The notes: a model not told the origin generated them from the sequence alone. Counted from the first letter of the stretch, positions 20,735-30,255 are shown. The stretch: DNA of 64,000 nt from Paracoccus sp. (in: a-proteobacteria) (GCF_030538655.1 NZ_JAUNTO010000009.1:12487-76486); one strand, 5' to 3'. Program-made: numbers and translations.

Positions 20735-21973
20735 TCAGCGCCGTTTCAGCATTCTGCCCAACGCCCGCACCGGCGCGGTCAGACGCCACGAGGTGCTGGC
20801 CTGCACTTCTGTCTTATAGGCGGTCAGAGCGCGTTCCTGATCGGCCAGCCGCTTGGTCAGGGTGGCGATGGTCGCGCTGCTGGTTGCACTGTCGCGCTGA
20901 TGTGCGCTTTCCGCCTCGGTCATTTGTTTGCGGATCTGCGCCAGAGTATCGGCTGACTGGCCCTCGATCTGCGCCCTTACCCGCTCCAGCTCTGCTGTCA
21001 GCGCGGCGGTTTCGAAAAAGCGGCTCTGCCGTTCCTGCGCCGCCTGTGCTTTGGCCAGATCTTGATCGGCGCGCGCCTCGTCCAGCGCGGCGGCCAGTTC
21101 GGCCAGCCGTGGATGCGGGTTTCCGGCGGCATAAAGCGCCGCCTGCGCGCGCGCCAGTTCCAGCCCGCGCGCATCCCATGACTGGCGCAGTTGGGTCAGC
21201 TCCTTGCCCATGGCCCGCGCCTTGTCGGCCTGTGTGGTTGCCCGTCGTTCGGCAATTGCGACACGGCGCGCGGTTTCCGTGGCGCTGCCCAGTTGCTGAA
21301 ACATCCAGCAGATCGCCCCGGCGGCCTGACCGTCCTGCGCATTCGCCGCCAGATCGGCCACCGCCGCAGGCAGATCGTCGCCTGCCCCCAACAGCGTCAG
21401 CCCCGCGCCGACATCCAGCCACAGCCCGGCACCCATCTGCGCCGTCAGCCCGCGCGGTGCGCCGACCAGCACCAGCAGCCCGCCGCCGACCAATCCCGCG
21501 CGCCAGTCGCGGATCCGCGCCGCAAGCGCGTCGTTGCTGGCATCGGCATCCAGCGTCACCAGCATCAGATCGGGGCGATCCGGCGCGGGGGCGGGGGCAT
21601 CGCCAACCTGAAGCCGCAGCATCGCGGGATACATCTGTTCGGCGTGGCGCAGCAGCCGGTCGGGCGCGGCGGTCAGCGCGCGGCCCGTGGCCGGGTCGGT
21701 CCAGTGGCCACAGCCGATCACCTGCGCGCCCGCTTCGGCACCCGACGCCTTGTCCATCGCTTGACAGACCGCAAACAGCGCCGCCCCATCGCCGACGTTC
21801 AGCGCCAGCACCCGCCGGGGCCGCAGCCGGTCGGCCAGCCAGAACAGTGTCGGGATCAGCGGCGTGGTTGTGCTGTCGCCCACAAGGCGGGGCTGCCACA
21901 GCAGGGCCGGGGTCCACAGGGCGGCAAGGCCATTCGAGGCGTCGTGATGGTCGGGTTCAAATATGGTCGTCAT
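20735..21973 (-). CDS. Hypothetical protein: methyltransferase-like N-terminal domain plus a long Ala/Gln-rich coiled coil
   Basis: VLALNVGDGAALF resembles a SAM-binding motif I. The C-terminus is heptad-rich and ends TSWRLTAPVRALGR. Confidence 0.4.
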   Translation of the reverse strand: MTTIFEPDHHDASNGLAALWTPALLWQPRLVGDSTTTPLIPTLFWLADRLRPRRVLALNVGDGAALFAVCQAMDKASGAEAGAQVIGCGHWTDPATGRALTAAPDRLLRHAEQMYPAMLRLQVGDAPAPAPDRPDLMLVTLDADASNDALAARIRDWRAGLVGGGLLVLVGAPRGLTAQMGAGLWLDVGAGLTLLGAGDDLPAAVADLAANAQDGQAAGAICWMFQQLGSATETARRVAIAERRATTQADKARAMGKELTQLRQSWDARGLELARAQAALYAAGNPHPRLAELAAALDEARADQDLAKAQAAQERQSRFFETAALTAELERVRAQIEGQSADTLAQIRKQMTEAESAHQRDSATSSATIATLTKRLADQERALTAYKTEVQASTSWRLTAPVRALGRMLKRR

Positions 21974-23469
21974 GAGGCGCGGGCCTTTTGCGGGTCAGAA
22001 GGGGCGGGCAGGGATATGGCAGCAGCGCCGTGACGTTCCAGCAGGATCAGCCGCCCGGTCATGCGCGGGTGATAGCCGGGGGGCAGCGCCCCGGCCGGCT
22101 GGGTCGGTGTGGCGCGGGTCAGCAGGATACGGTGGGGCGACAGGGCGGTGACAAGCGCCGCGAAGGCCGCCTCATCAGACGCCTGCGCGGGCGCGGTCAG
22201 CAGCAGCGGGCCAAGCCTGTTCATCTGGTCCCACAGGGATGCATCGGGCTGATCCTGCGCCAGAACCGTGATGGGCGATGCACTGGCCAGATCGTCATAA
22301 GACAGCGCCTGTTCGATCAGCGTCGCATCGTCAGGCAGCAGCAACAGCGACCAGCGCCCTGCCGCACAGGCAAACAGCCGCGCCAGCCCCGGATCGCGCA
22401 GATGCACCGACACGCCGCTGTCCGACCACCAGGGCATCAGCGCCTCTAGCTCGGCCTCGGTCAGCGACAGCGCGGTATCGGCGAAACGCGCCGGTTCCCC
22501 GGTGCGGGCGGCGACGCCAGCGGCCTGCCGCAGCGCGGTGGCGAACAGCGCCTGCACCGCCGGTTCGATCTGATCCGCCAGATCAGCCGCCGGTTCCGTC
22601 CCGGCATCGCCCAGGGGCAGGGGCGCATCCAGAATGCCCGCTTGCATCAGCGCCGCATTGCCCTGCGCCATCGCCTGCATCTGCCATTGCGGCATCAAAA
22701 CCGGCGGCAGGGCGGTGGCCAGCATATCGGCGGGCAGGGCCTTGGCGGTCTGGCGCAGGTGGTGTTCGACCTCCAGCCGCTCGGGCGGGGTCATGTCGCG
22801 CATCAGCGCGTTCAGGCGGCGCTTGGTCTCGATCAGGACCAGCGATTTTTCGCGTTGGTTGGCGTGGATCGCATCGGCCAGTTGCGGGTCGGTGACAGGT
22901 GTCCCGATCTCATCCAGAAAGCGGCGGACCAGCGGCGCGGCGGGATCGTGAAACGGAAGCGCCCGGACCGAGCGCGCCTCCATGATCCGCGCCAGATGCG
23001 CCAGCCGCGCATCATAGCAAACGGCACCGCGTGTGAACTCGGTATTCAGGAAGTCGTGGAAGGGCTGAACACTGGCGCGATAGCCGCCAAGCACTTCCTC
23101 GATATAGCGCGATTTCAGCCAGTCGAACTGCGGGCGCAGCACCGCGACAATCTCTACCTGCCACCCGGCAAAATGATCGCGCAGCCATTGCAGCCGGGTG
23201 TCGGACACATCGGCAATCAGGTTTTCCGCGCTGAGGATCACCGCCGTATCCGGGTGCGCGGCCAGTTCGGCGTCGAAATCCGCCGTCGCTCCGTCCTCTC
23301 GCAGACTGAGCAGCGACAGATGCCCCGGTGTCCGTTCCTGATCCCAGCGGTTCTGCCGCGACAGCACCGAGCGCGGAAACAGGAAACCATGGTCAATCAG
23401 CACATCGGCCTGCGCCTCCAGATAGTTCTGGATCGAGGTGCTGCCAGCCTTGGTCTGGCCCACATGCAA
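21970..23469 (-). CDS. Sulfotransferase-like protein with a ~250 aa C-terminal extension
   Basis: The N-terminal HVGQTKAGSTSIQ resembles a sulfotransferase PAPS P-loop, and LRPQFDWLKSRY resembles a 3'-PB motif. 4-nt overlap with the downstream gene. Confidence 0.45.
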   Translation of the reverse strand: MHVGQTKAGSTSIQNYLEAQADVLIDHGFLFPRSVLSRQNRWDQERTPGHLSLLSLREDGATADFDAELAAHPDTAVILSAENLIADVSDTRLQWLRDHFAGWQVEIVAVLRPQFDWLKSRYIEEVLGGYRASVQPFHDFLNTEFTRGAVCYDARLAHLARIMEARSVRALPFHDPAAPLVRRFLDEIGTPVTDPQLADAIHANQREKSLVLIETKRRLNALMRDMTPPERLEVEHHLRQTAKALPADMLATALPPVLMPQWQMQAMAQGNAALMQAGILDAPLPLGDAGTEPAADLADQIEPAVQALFATALRQAAGVAARTGEPARFADTALSLTEAELEALMPWWSDSGVSVHLRDPGLARLFACAAGRWSLLLLPDDATLIEQALSYDDLASASPITVLAQDQPDASLWDQMNRLGPLLLTAPAQASDEAAFAALVTALSPHRILLTRATPTQPAGALPPGYHPRMTGRLILLERHGAAAISLPAPSDPQKARAS

Positions 23470-23491
23470 AATCAGCCGGCGCGGGGCGGGA

Positions 23492-24535
23492 TTATCGGTT
23501 ATTGTCGCTGTCCAAGCGGGATTCGTCGCAGATCAGGTCGGGTTCGGCCTCGTCCGCGGTATGTGCAGGATCGCCGAATTCCGTCGCCAGATCGCCCGAA
23601 AAGAAATGCGACATCACCAAAGATACGCCGAACGGGTTCACATTGCGCAGGTCCGGTTCATAAAACATCGCCCGCGACGGATGGGCCGAGATGATCTCGT
23701 ATGAGGGGAAATAGGCCACATCATCCAGCGTCGAGGCCAGATCGCCCGCCACCGCCCGCAGCACCGATTTGGAATAGCTGGTCGCCACCATGACATGATC
23801 GCGCGAAGCCGTCGCCGCCAGTGGAACCGGCGAGACGGTCAGCAGCATCCGCGCCGACGGATTGACCGACCGCAGCCGGTCCCAGAACCCGCGCATATCG
23901 CGATCCACCCCGCCATAACGCAGATTGCGGAACCGATAGCGCGCCTTGTCATATGTGCCTGCCACGGTGCCGGGGGCCATCGGGAACATGGTGCCGTCCT
24001 CGATCAGTTCCCAGCCTTCGGTCAGGCCCATGGTGAACACGAACACGTCCAGTTCCGCGAACATCCGCCGCACCGCCGCCAGATGGGCTGCGCGCAATGC
24101 GATCACGTCTTCGGACGTGGCCTGCCCTACCGGGTCGATCCCCGGCCGCAGCGCATCGAAAAACCGCCCGTCGCGTTCCCACACCGTTTCGGCGGGGCTG
24201 CGGTTGCCATGCGCTTCGTCAAACAGCTGGATCAACTGGCGCGAGGTATAGATGTTGCCATAGCGACAGGAAAACACGCCATAGCCCCAGCGGCGAGCCT
24301 CGTTTTCCGATGCAAACACAGGCGGGGCGGGTTCCATATCCATGAATGCCGCGCCGCGGCGGGCCAGATTGTTGCCGATATGCTGGGCAAAGCAACTGCC
24401 CGCCGTCGCCACCCGGTCGGTGCGGCGCAGGGGCATCGGCTGCCACAAATCCGTCAGATCGGCGTAATGGCGGCTGCCGACGGCGGCTTTCCAGAAGGCC
24501 TTTTCCGGCTTGTTCTGATAGGGGTGACGGGTCAT
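23492..24535 (-). CDS. GSCFA family protein
   Basis: Eponymous ATAGSCFAQHI motif. Confidence 0.6.
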   Translation of the reverse strand: MTRHPYQNKPEKAFWKAAVGSRHYADLTDLWQPMPLRRTDRVATAGSCFAQHIGNNLARRGAAFMDMEPAPPVFASENEARRWGYGVFSCRYGNIYTSRQLIQLFDEAHGNRSPAETVWERDGRFFDALRPGIDPVGQATSEDVIALRAAHLAAVRRMFAELDVFVFTMGLTEGWELIEDGTMFPMAPGTVAGTYDKARYRFRNLRYGGVDRDMRGFWDRLRSVNPSARMLLTVSPVPLAATASRDHVMVATSYSKSVLRAVAGDLASTLDDVAYFPSYEIISAHPSRAMFYEPDLRNVNPFGVSLVMSHFFSGDLATEFGDPAHTADEAEPDLICDESRLDSDNNR

Positions 24536-25488
24536 TGCGCACCTTTGGGCAGAGGGGGCAGTTGCGCGTTGCGCAGCAGTGCAGCCAGTTCCAGATCAGC
24601 CGGGGCAAAGCCCGCAGCCATGTGCTGTTTCGGTGCGGCGGTGGCCGGGGCGGGGCTGGCCTTTTGCGAAAGACGGTGGCGGGTTTCGATCAGGTCGATG
24701 GCCGACCAGGATGGCGCCGTCAATGCCGCCATCAGCCATGGCGCGATGGCGGACCAAACCGGCCCATGCCCCGTTTTGCCGGGATAGACCATCTCGGTTG
24801 TGATTTTCGCCCGGTCATCATGGTTGGTGATTGCGCCCAGAAACGGGATCGCATGGTTGAACAGGTGGAACGTGTCGGTGTTGTTTTGAATAAAGACGAC
24901 GTTGTTTGGCACCTGCTTGCCATAAAGCGTCCGCAGATCGGTAACCGTGCCGGGCAGGTCGCGCACGTCATCATGCCCCGGCCAGCAGAGTGCAACATAA
25001 TCTGAAACGTGACCAGAATAATAGTTTGCAATATTGGTATGCGCGTTTGAAACGAGTGCAAGGCTTCCCGCGTGATGCCAAGAATAAAGCAGCGCCGGAA
25101 AGCCACCCGCGCTGCTGCCGAAATAGATTGCGCGATCGACTTTCAAAACTTGAGTAGCTTGCTGGCAAAATACGGAGATCAACCGTTGAGCTGCGAAATT
25201 ACTATTGCCTGCATACCATCCTATGCGCAGTTTGTCGTGCTGATTCAGGCTTGGGTCGGCCAGCATCAGGCTATGCAGGTTTTGAGTGCTGCTGGACGGC
25301 AATCCAGCAAAAGACGGCACAGTCCGCTTTTCGCGGTCAATGGCCCCGTGAAAGCCAAAGATGATCCGGCGCGCCCCCGGCGCGGGGCGCCAGTCAAGGT
25401 GAATATCGGTGCCGTCCAGATTCAGCACCAGCCGCCCTTGTGTCTGCGCCAGATCCTCGGGCGATGAAATGCGGGTGAAATCGGTCAT
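24532..25488 (-). CDS. Hypothetical protein with a GxSxG (FGSSAGG) motif, possible hydrolase/esterase
   Basis: No family recognised. It has the lowest GC in the window (visually ~50%). Confidence 0.4.
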   Translation of the reverse strand: MTDFTRISSPEDLAQTQGRLVLNLDGTDIHLDWRPAPGARRIIFGFHGAIDREKRTVPSFAGLPSSSTQNLHSLMLADPSLNQHDKLRIGWYAGNSNFAAQRLISVFCQQATQVLKVDRAIYFGSSAGGFPALLYSWHHAGSLALVSNAHTNIANYYSGHVSDYVALCWPGHDDVRDLPGTVTDLRTLYGKQVPNNVVFIQNNTDTFHLFNHAIPFLGAITNHDDRAKITTEMVYPGKTGHGPVWSAIAPWLMAALTAPSWSAIDLIETRHRLSQKASPAPATAAPKQHMAAGFAPADLELAALLRNAQLPPLPKGAQ

Positions 25489-27611
25489 GGGGCCTCGGTC
25501 GCGGTTGGGGCAGGGGATGCCTGCACTGGCAGCGCCGCCACCTTTGGCGCGGTCTGGGTGCTGTAGGCTAGATCAAGCCTCAGGCCATCGGCGACATGGG
25601 TTGTCGGACGCAGGAATTCCTCGGTCGATACTTGCCAGCTGTGCTGGGCAATTTGGCTGTAACGAACGGCGATATGATCATAGGGATCGGCAGAAAAGGT
25701 AAGACCGCCTCGCTCTCTCGCGTCGTTATAGAACGCGATATCTACAGCCTTGGGCAAATCCTGAAAGCGTAAGTCATCGAGTTTGCTGCGTGACCAGAAA
25801 ATCGTGCTGCCGAAGACACGCTCCACAATCTGGTTCGCTTTCCTTTCAGAAAAACGCAGCACCAGCGCATCCGTATCCTGCGCATAGCAATAGGCCCGTG
25901 CCCGTCCGGTTATGGCGATGTTGTCATGCCCCGACCAGGTCAAGGCCGCGATGCTGCTGCGGATATAGTCGGGACCATAAAAATCGTCGTCGTCGATCTT
26001 GGTCACAAGATCGGTATGACAGGCATCCAGCCCAAGGTTCAGCGCCCGGCCCAGTGAAACCGCCGGGTCAGGCAGATCAATCACGGTCAGTGAGGTCACA
26101 CCGTCAAATGCCGCCTCGATCCTGGCGCGATCATGGCCCGCCCCCTGCGCGACATAGACGACATGCAGGGGCCGGTGGCTTTGTGCCACCAGTTGCGCGG
26201 CGATGCGATCCAGACGGTCAGGGCGTTTTGAACAGACAATCGCTGTGACCGGCTGCTGGCAGGCGGGATCAAGCCCGGTCATGGCGGCAAAATTGCGCCG
26301 CACGACGTGATCGGGCACCACGCCGCCTTGCGGGGCGGCGAACGGGCGGGGCGCGCCGGGTTGTGGCGGGAAATGCAGCCGGGCTGCATCGGGTTGACCG
26401 GGGGACAGGGTTGCGTGCCACTGCCGCCAACCGGCTGCGTAATCTTTGCGTGTCTGGGAAAGGCCGGTTTCTGCGTTGATGCCCGATTCGGGGTGGTTGG
26501 TCAGGCTGCCCTCCATCTCGATGGCAAACATCGCCATCAGAGGAAGGCGGGTGAATTCATCGCTGATCAGGGTTTCGGTCCGGGCGATCAACTCGCTGTC
26601 GGCACCAAAGCGGGCGCAATCCCATCCGCCCAAGGTGTCGCGCAGGAAATCGGCGCGAAAAGTCGTTGCGATGGGGCAAAGCCGGGTCACGCCATCGGTG
26701 CTGTAGCTGGATTCGACCGCAAACCGCACCACCGCGCCATCCGGGTTCATCCGTGCCATCTGCGGCACACTGGCGCGCGGCGGGGTTGGTGCGGACAGGA
26801 TCGCGCCGATATGCTGTTCGATCCGCTGCGGATGCGCCCAGTCGTCGGCATCATGGCCGGTGATCCAGTCACCCCGCGCCATGGTCAGCGCGATGTTCTT
26901 GGCCACATACGGCCCCGCATTCACCCGCCCGCGCAAAATGCGCACGCGGCTGTCGCTGGCCGCGATCTGCTGCATCTCGCCCCAGGTGCCGTCGGTGCTG
27001 GCATCATCGACGATCAGCAGTTCCAGATTGCGCCATGTCTGGTTCAGGATCGAGCGCGCTGAGGCGGTGATGGTGCCTTGGGCATTCCACGCAGGCATGA
27101 TGACCGACACCAGCGGCCCGCCTGTTACCGGCGTCAGCCCTTGCGCGCCAAAACGGTCGATCAGATGCGTGCCCGCGTCCTTGGCCCATGTCACCGGGGC
27201 CGCGCCGAAATGGCCGATATAGCGGTTCAGATGCGCCAGCCAGCCCACCCGGTCGCCCGCCGCCAGCGCCCGGTTGGCGCGCAGGGTTTCAATCGTATAG
27301 GCCGTTTCCACCGGCACATGCGCCGCAGCATAGCGCACCGCCACGTCATAGCCATAGTCCTCGGCGATCCGTGCCGCCATGCGCAGCGATTGCCGCGTGC
27401 GCGGCGGCGGCAGATAGTCGGCCAGCCGGGCGGGGTTTTCGGCCAGCCCCGGCCCCGCCGCCCGCCGCATCAGCACGCCATAGCGGCGATAATGCAGCGC
27501 CGGGTCCAGCCCCGACATATCCACATCGGGATAGCGGCGGCGATAAAACTCGGCGTCGAAGGCCTGGCCTTTCAGAATGGCGTCCGCCAGCTTGGCACGG
27601 GTTTCAGGCAT
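25485..27611 (-). CDS. Multidomain glycosyltransferase: N-terminal ~45 aa conserved module, central GT2 domain and a second C-terminal GT2-like domain
   Basis: LVSVIMPAWNA...LLIVDDASTDGT...GHDADDW, then VTAIVCSKRP...KIDDDDF. Confidence 0.65.
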   Translation of the reverse strand: MPETRAKLADAILKGQAFDAEFYRRRYPDVDMSGLDPALHYRRYGVLMRRAAGPGLAENPARLADYLPPPRTRQSLRMAARIAEDYGYDVAVRYAAAHVPVETAYTIETLRANRALAAGDRVGWLAHLNRYIGHFGAAPVTWAKDAGTHLIDRFGAQGLTPVTGGPLVSVIMPAWNAQGTITASARSILNQTWRNLELLIVDDASTDGTWGEMQQIAASDSRVRILRGRVNAGPYVAKNIALTMARGDWITGHDADDWAHPQRIEQHIGAILSAPTPPRASVPQMARMNPDGAVVRFAVESSYSTDGVTRLCPIATTFRADFLRDTLGGWDCARFGADSELIARTETLISDEFTRLPLMAMFAIEMEGSLTNHPESGINAETGLSQTRKDYAAGWRQWHATLSPGQPDAARLHFPPQPGAPRPFAAPQGGVVPDHVVRRNFAAMTGLDPACQQPVTAIVCSKRPDRLDRIAAQLVAQSHRPLHVVYVAQGAGHDRARIEAAFDGVTSLTVIDLPDPAVSLGRALNLGLDACHTDLVTKIDDDDFYGPDYIRSSIAALTWSGHDNIAITGRARAYCYAQDTDALVLRFSERKANQIVERVFGSTIFWSRSKLDDLRFQDLPKAVDIAFYNDARERGGLTFSADPYDHIAVRYSQIAQHSWQVSTEEFLRPTTHVADGLRLDLAYSTQTAPKVAALPVQASPAPTATEAP

Positions 27612-28983
27612 CGAACGGCTCCTGTCGGTCAGGGCAAGTGGCGGGGATCAGCGAAGCGGGCACGATCATCGCATCCGGCGCGGGAAAGCGGCGTATCCGT
27701 TGGGGAAACCCAAGCCGTTTGTCATCGGCCCCGGCGCGGCTGTGCCAGTCGCGCCAGCTTTCGTTATAGGCTTGGCGCGGCCCCTTGGCCCCGCCCGTCT
27801 GGCGCAAGGCGCTGGCCGGGGCGTTGGTCAGGTTATCGGCCCCATCAAGGCACAGCATGGCAAAAACATCCAGATTGCGCCATGCCGGGCCAAGCAGGCT
27901 TTGGGCGCGGGCCACCATCTCGCCATCGGCACCAAAGCGCACACAGTCGAAATAGCCCAGCCGGTCGCGCAGCGTATCGGCATGAAACAGCGTCGAAACA
28001 AAGGCCCGCCGCCGGAAACCGTCGGGCGCATGGTGCAGGCTGGCCGGGATCACATTGCCGAAATGCCCCGCCGCCCCCATACGCAGCATCATCGCCGTGC
28101 TGGCCAGAATCGCGCCCTCGCTGCGTAGAACGTCGGACATGTGCCGCTCGATCCACTGTGGATGCGCCCAGTCGTCGGCGTCGTGTCCGGTGATCCATGC
28201 GCCGCGGGCCATCTGGCTGATGGCGATATTCTTGGACACGAACGGGCCAAGGTTGCGGCTGTTGCGGATCACCCGCACGCGGTCATCGGATGCCGCGATC
28301 TGCCGCAACGCGGCGGTGGTGCCATCGGTGCTGGCATCATCGACGATCAGCAGTTCCAGATTGCGCCACGTCTGGTTCAGGATCGAGCGCGCGGCGGCGG
28401 TGATCGTATCGGCGGCGTTAAAGGCTGCCATGATGACGCTGACCAAAGGCCCGCCGGTGCAGGGCGGCAGCGTTTCGGTTGTCAGCCGGTCCAACAACCG
28501 CGCGGGCTGCGGGGCAAGCCGCAGCGGTGCGATGCCCCAGGGTGACAGGTAGGCGTTCAGATGATCCAGCCACGCCAGCCGCCCGTTAACCTTGTCCCGC
28601 AAGGCCAGATCGGCGGCGATCAGATGCAGCGGGCGCAGCGCCTTGTGGCCCAGATGCGCGCGCGCCATCTGTGCGGCCTGATCCAGCCCTTCGGTCGCGG
28701 CAATCTTGCGCGCGGCGATCATCACCCGCCGCCACAGATCATCGGGCGGGCCATCCCGCAGCCAGCGGTCCAGCGTGCCCTGCGCATCATCCGTGCCATC
28801 GGCCAACAAATCCGCGCGCAGCCCCGGCCCCGGATCGCGCCCCATCAGGTGGCCCACGCGTTTGTAATGCTCCAGCGGCGACAGGCCCGAGCGCGCAACA
28901 TCGGGATAGCGTGCGGCATACCAGCCCGCATCGAACAGAGCCAGCCCGTCCAGATCCCGCCCAAGCTGATCGCTGTTCGCCAT
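27604..28983 (-). CDS. GT2 glycosyltransferase, paralogue of the GT2 domain of 25485..27611
   Basis: Same N-terminal module (RYPDV..SGL.P..HY...G.....GPG) and GT2 core. It shares a ~90-nt near-identical DNA stretch with the neighbouring gene. Confidence 0.7.
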   Translation of the reverse strand: MANSDQLGRDLDGLALFDAGWYAARYPDVARSGLSPLEHYKRVGHLMGRDPGPGLRADLLADGTDDAQGTLDRWLRDGPPDDLWRRVMIAARKIAATEGLDQAAQMARAHLGHKALRPLHLIAADLALRDKVNGRLAWLDHLNAYLSPWGIAPLRLAPQPARLLDRLTTETLPPCTGGPLVSVIMAAFNAADTITAAARSILNQTWRNLELLIVDDASTDGTTAALRQIAASDDRVRVIRNSRNLGPFVSKNIAISQMARGAWITGHDADDWAHPQWIERHMSDVLRSEGAILASTAMMLRMGAAGHFGNVIPASLHHAPDGFRRRAFVSTLFHADTLRDRLGYFDCVRFGADGEMVARAQSLLGPAWRNLDVFAMLCLDGADNLTNAPASALRQTGGAKGPRQAYNESWRDWHSRAGADDKRLGFPQRIRRFPAPDAMIVPASLIPATCPDRQEPFDA

Positions 28984-28992
28984 AACCCGGCC

Positions 28993-30255
28993 TTACAGGC
29001 GCAGATCGGATTGATCGGTCGGAAAGGCGGCCTTCATGTCAAAGAAAACCCCGCCGGGACGCAGGTAATCGCGCAGGGGTTGCGGCCCGTCAGAGACAAA
29101 GTGATTGTGTGCAACCGCCAGAATGATTGCATCATAAACGCCCCGCTGCGGATCAGTCAGCGTGACGCCATATTCATGCGCCAATTCGCTGGGGTCTGCC
29201 TCGGGGTCGGTCAGATCGACCTCCAGCCCCCAGTCACGCAGCGTGGCGATCAGATCGACAACCTTGGTGTTGCGAATGTCGGGGCAGTTTTCCTTGAAGG
29301 TCGCCCCCAGCACCAGCACATGCGCGCCACGGATCTGCATATCGCGCGCAATCATCGCCTGCACCAGCCGCCGCGCCACCTCGCGCGGCATCCCGTTGTT
29401 GATCTCGCGCGCGATGCGGATGATGTCGGGGATATGGCCTGCCTTTTCGGCACGGTGCAGCAGATAATACGGGTCAACCCCGATACAATGCCCGCCGACC
29501 AGACCGGGCTTGAGCCGCATGAAGTTCCACTTGGTCGCGGCTGCGTCGATCACCTCGGATGTGTCGATGCCAAGGCGGGCAAAGACCATCGCCAGTTTGT
29601 TAATCAGGGCGATGTTCACATCACGCTGGGTGTTTTCAATCACCTTCGCCGCCTCGGCCACGCGGATCGAACTGGCCTTAAAGGTGCCCGCCGTGATGAT
29701 CGTGCGATACAGCCCATCGACAAAATCGGCCACGGCCGGGGTGGACCCGGACGTTACCTTGACGATCATCGGCAAAGGCCGCGCCTTGTCGCCGGGGTTG
29801 ATCCGTTCGGGACTGTAACCGACATGGAAATCCTCGTTGAACCGCAGGCCGGACACCCGTTCCAGAACCGGAACGCAATCTTCCTCGGTCGCACCGGGAT
29901 AGACGGTGGATTCAAAGATCACCACATCGCCTTTGCCCAAAACCTGCCCCACCGTTTCCGATGCGCGGATCAGCGGCGTCAGATCGGGACGATGATTGCC
30001 GTCAATCGGGGTCGGCACGGCGATGATATAAACCGAACGGTCGCGAATTTCATCAACTGCACTGGCGAAACGCAGATGTGGCGACTGGCTCAGATCATCC
30101 ACCTCGCCAGTGCGGTCGGTGCCGGCGCGCAACTCGGCCACACGGAGTTCCGATATGTCAAAGCCGATGGTGTCGAAATGTTTCCCGAATTCGACAGCCA
30201 GCGGCAAGCCCACATAGCCCAATCCGATAATGGCGATGCGCGGCGCCTCATTCAT
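28993..30255 (-). CDS. Nucleotide-sugar 6-dehydrogenase (UDP-GlcNAc/GalNAc or UDP-glucose dehydrogenase family, TviB/WbpO-like)
   Basis: IAIIGLGYVGLPLA N-terminus and the UDPG/MGDP dehydrogenase three-domain layout. Confidence 0.75.
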   Translation of the reverse strand: MNEAPRIAIIGLGYVGLPLAVEFGKHFDTIGFDISELRVAELRAGTDRTGEVDDLSQSPHLRFASAVDEIRDRSVYIIAVPTPIDGNHRPDLTPLIRASETVGQVLGKGDVVIFESTVYPGATEEDCVPVLERVSGLRFNEDFHVGYSPERINPGDKARPLPMIVKVTSGSTPAVADFVDGLYRTIITAGTFKASSIRVAEAAKVIENTQRDVNIALINKLAMVFARLGIDTSEVIDAAATKWNFMRLKPGLVGGHCIGVDPYYLLHRAEKAGHIPDIIRIAREINNGMPREVARRLVQAMIARDMQIRGAHVLVLGATFKENCPDIRNTKVVDLIATLRDWGLEVDLTDPEADPSELAHEYGVTLTDPQRGVYDAIILAVAHNHFVSDGPQPLRDYLRPGGVFFDMKAAFPTDQSDLRL

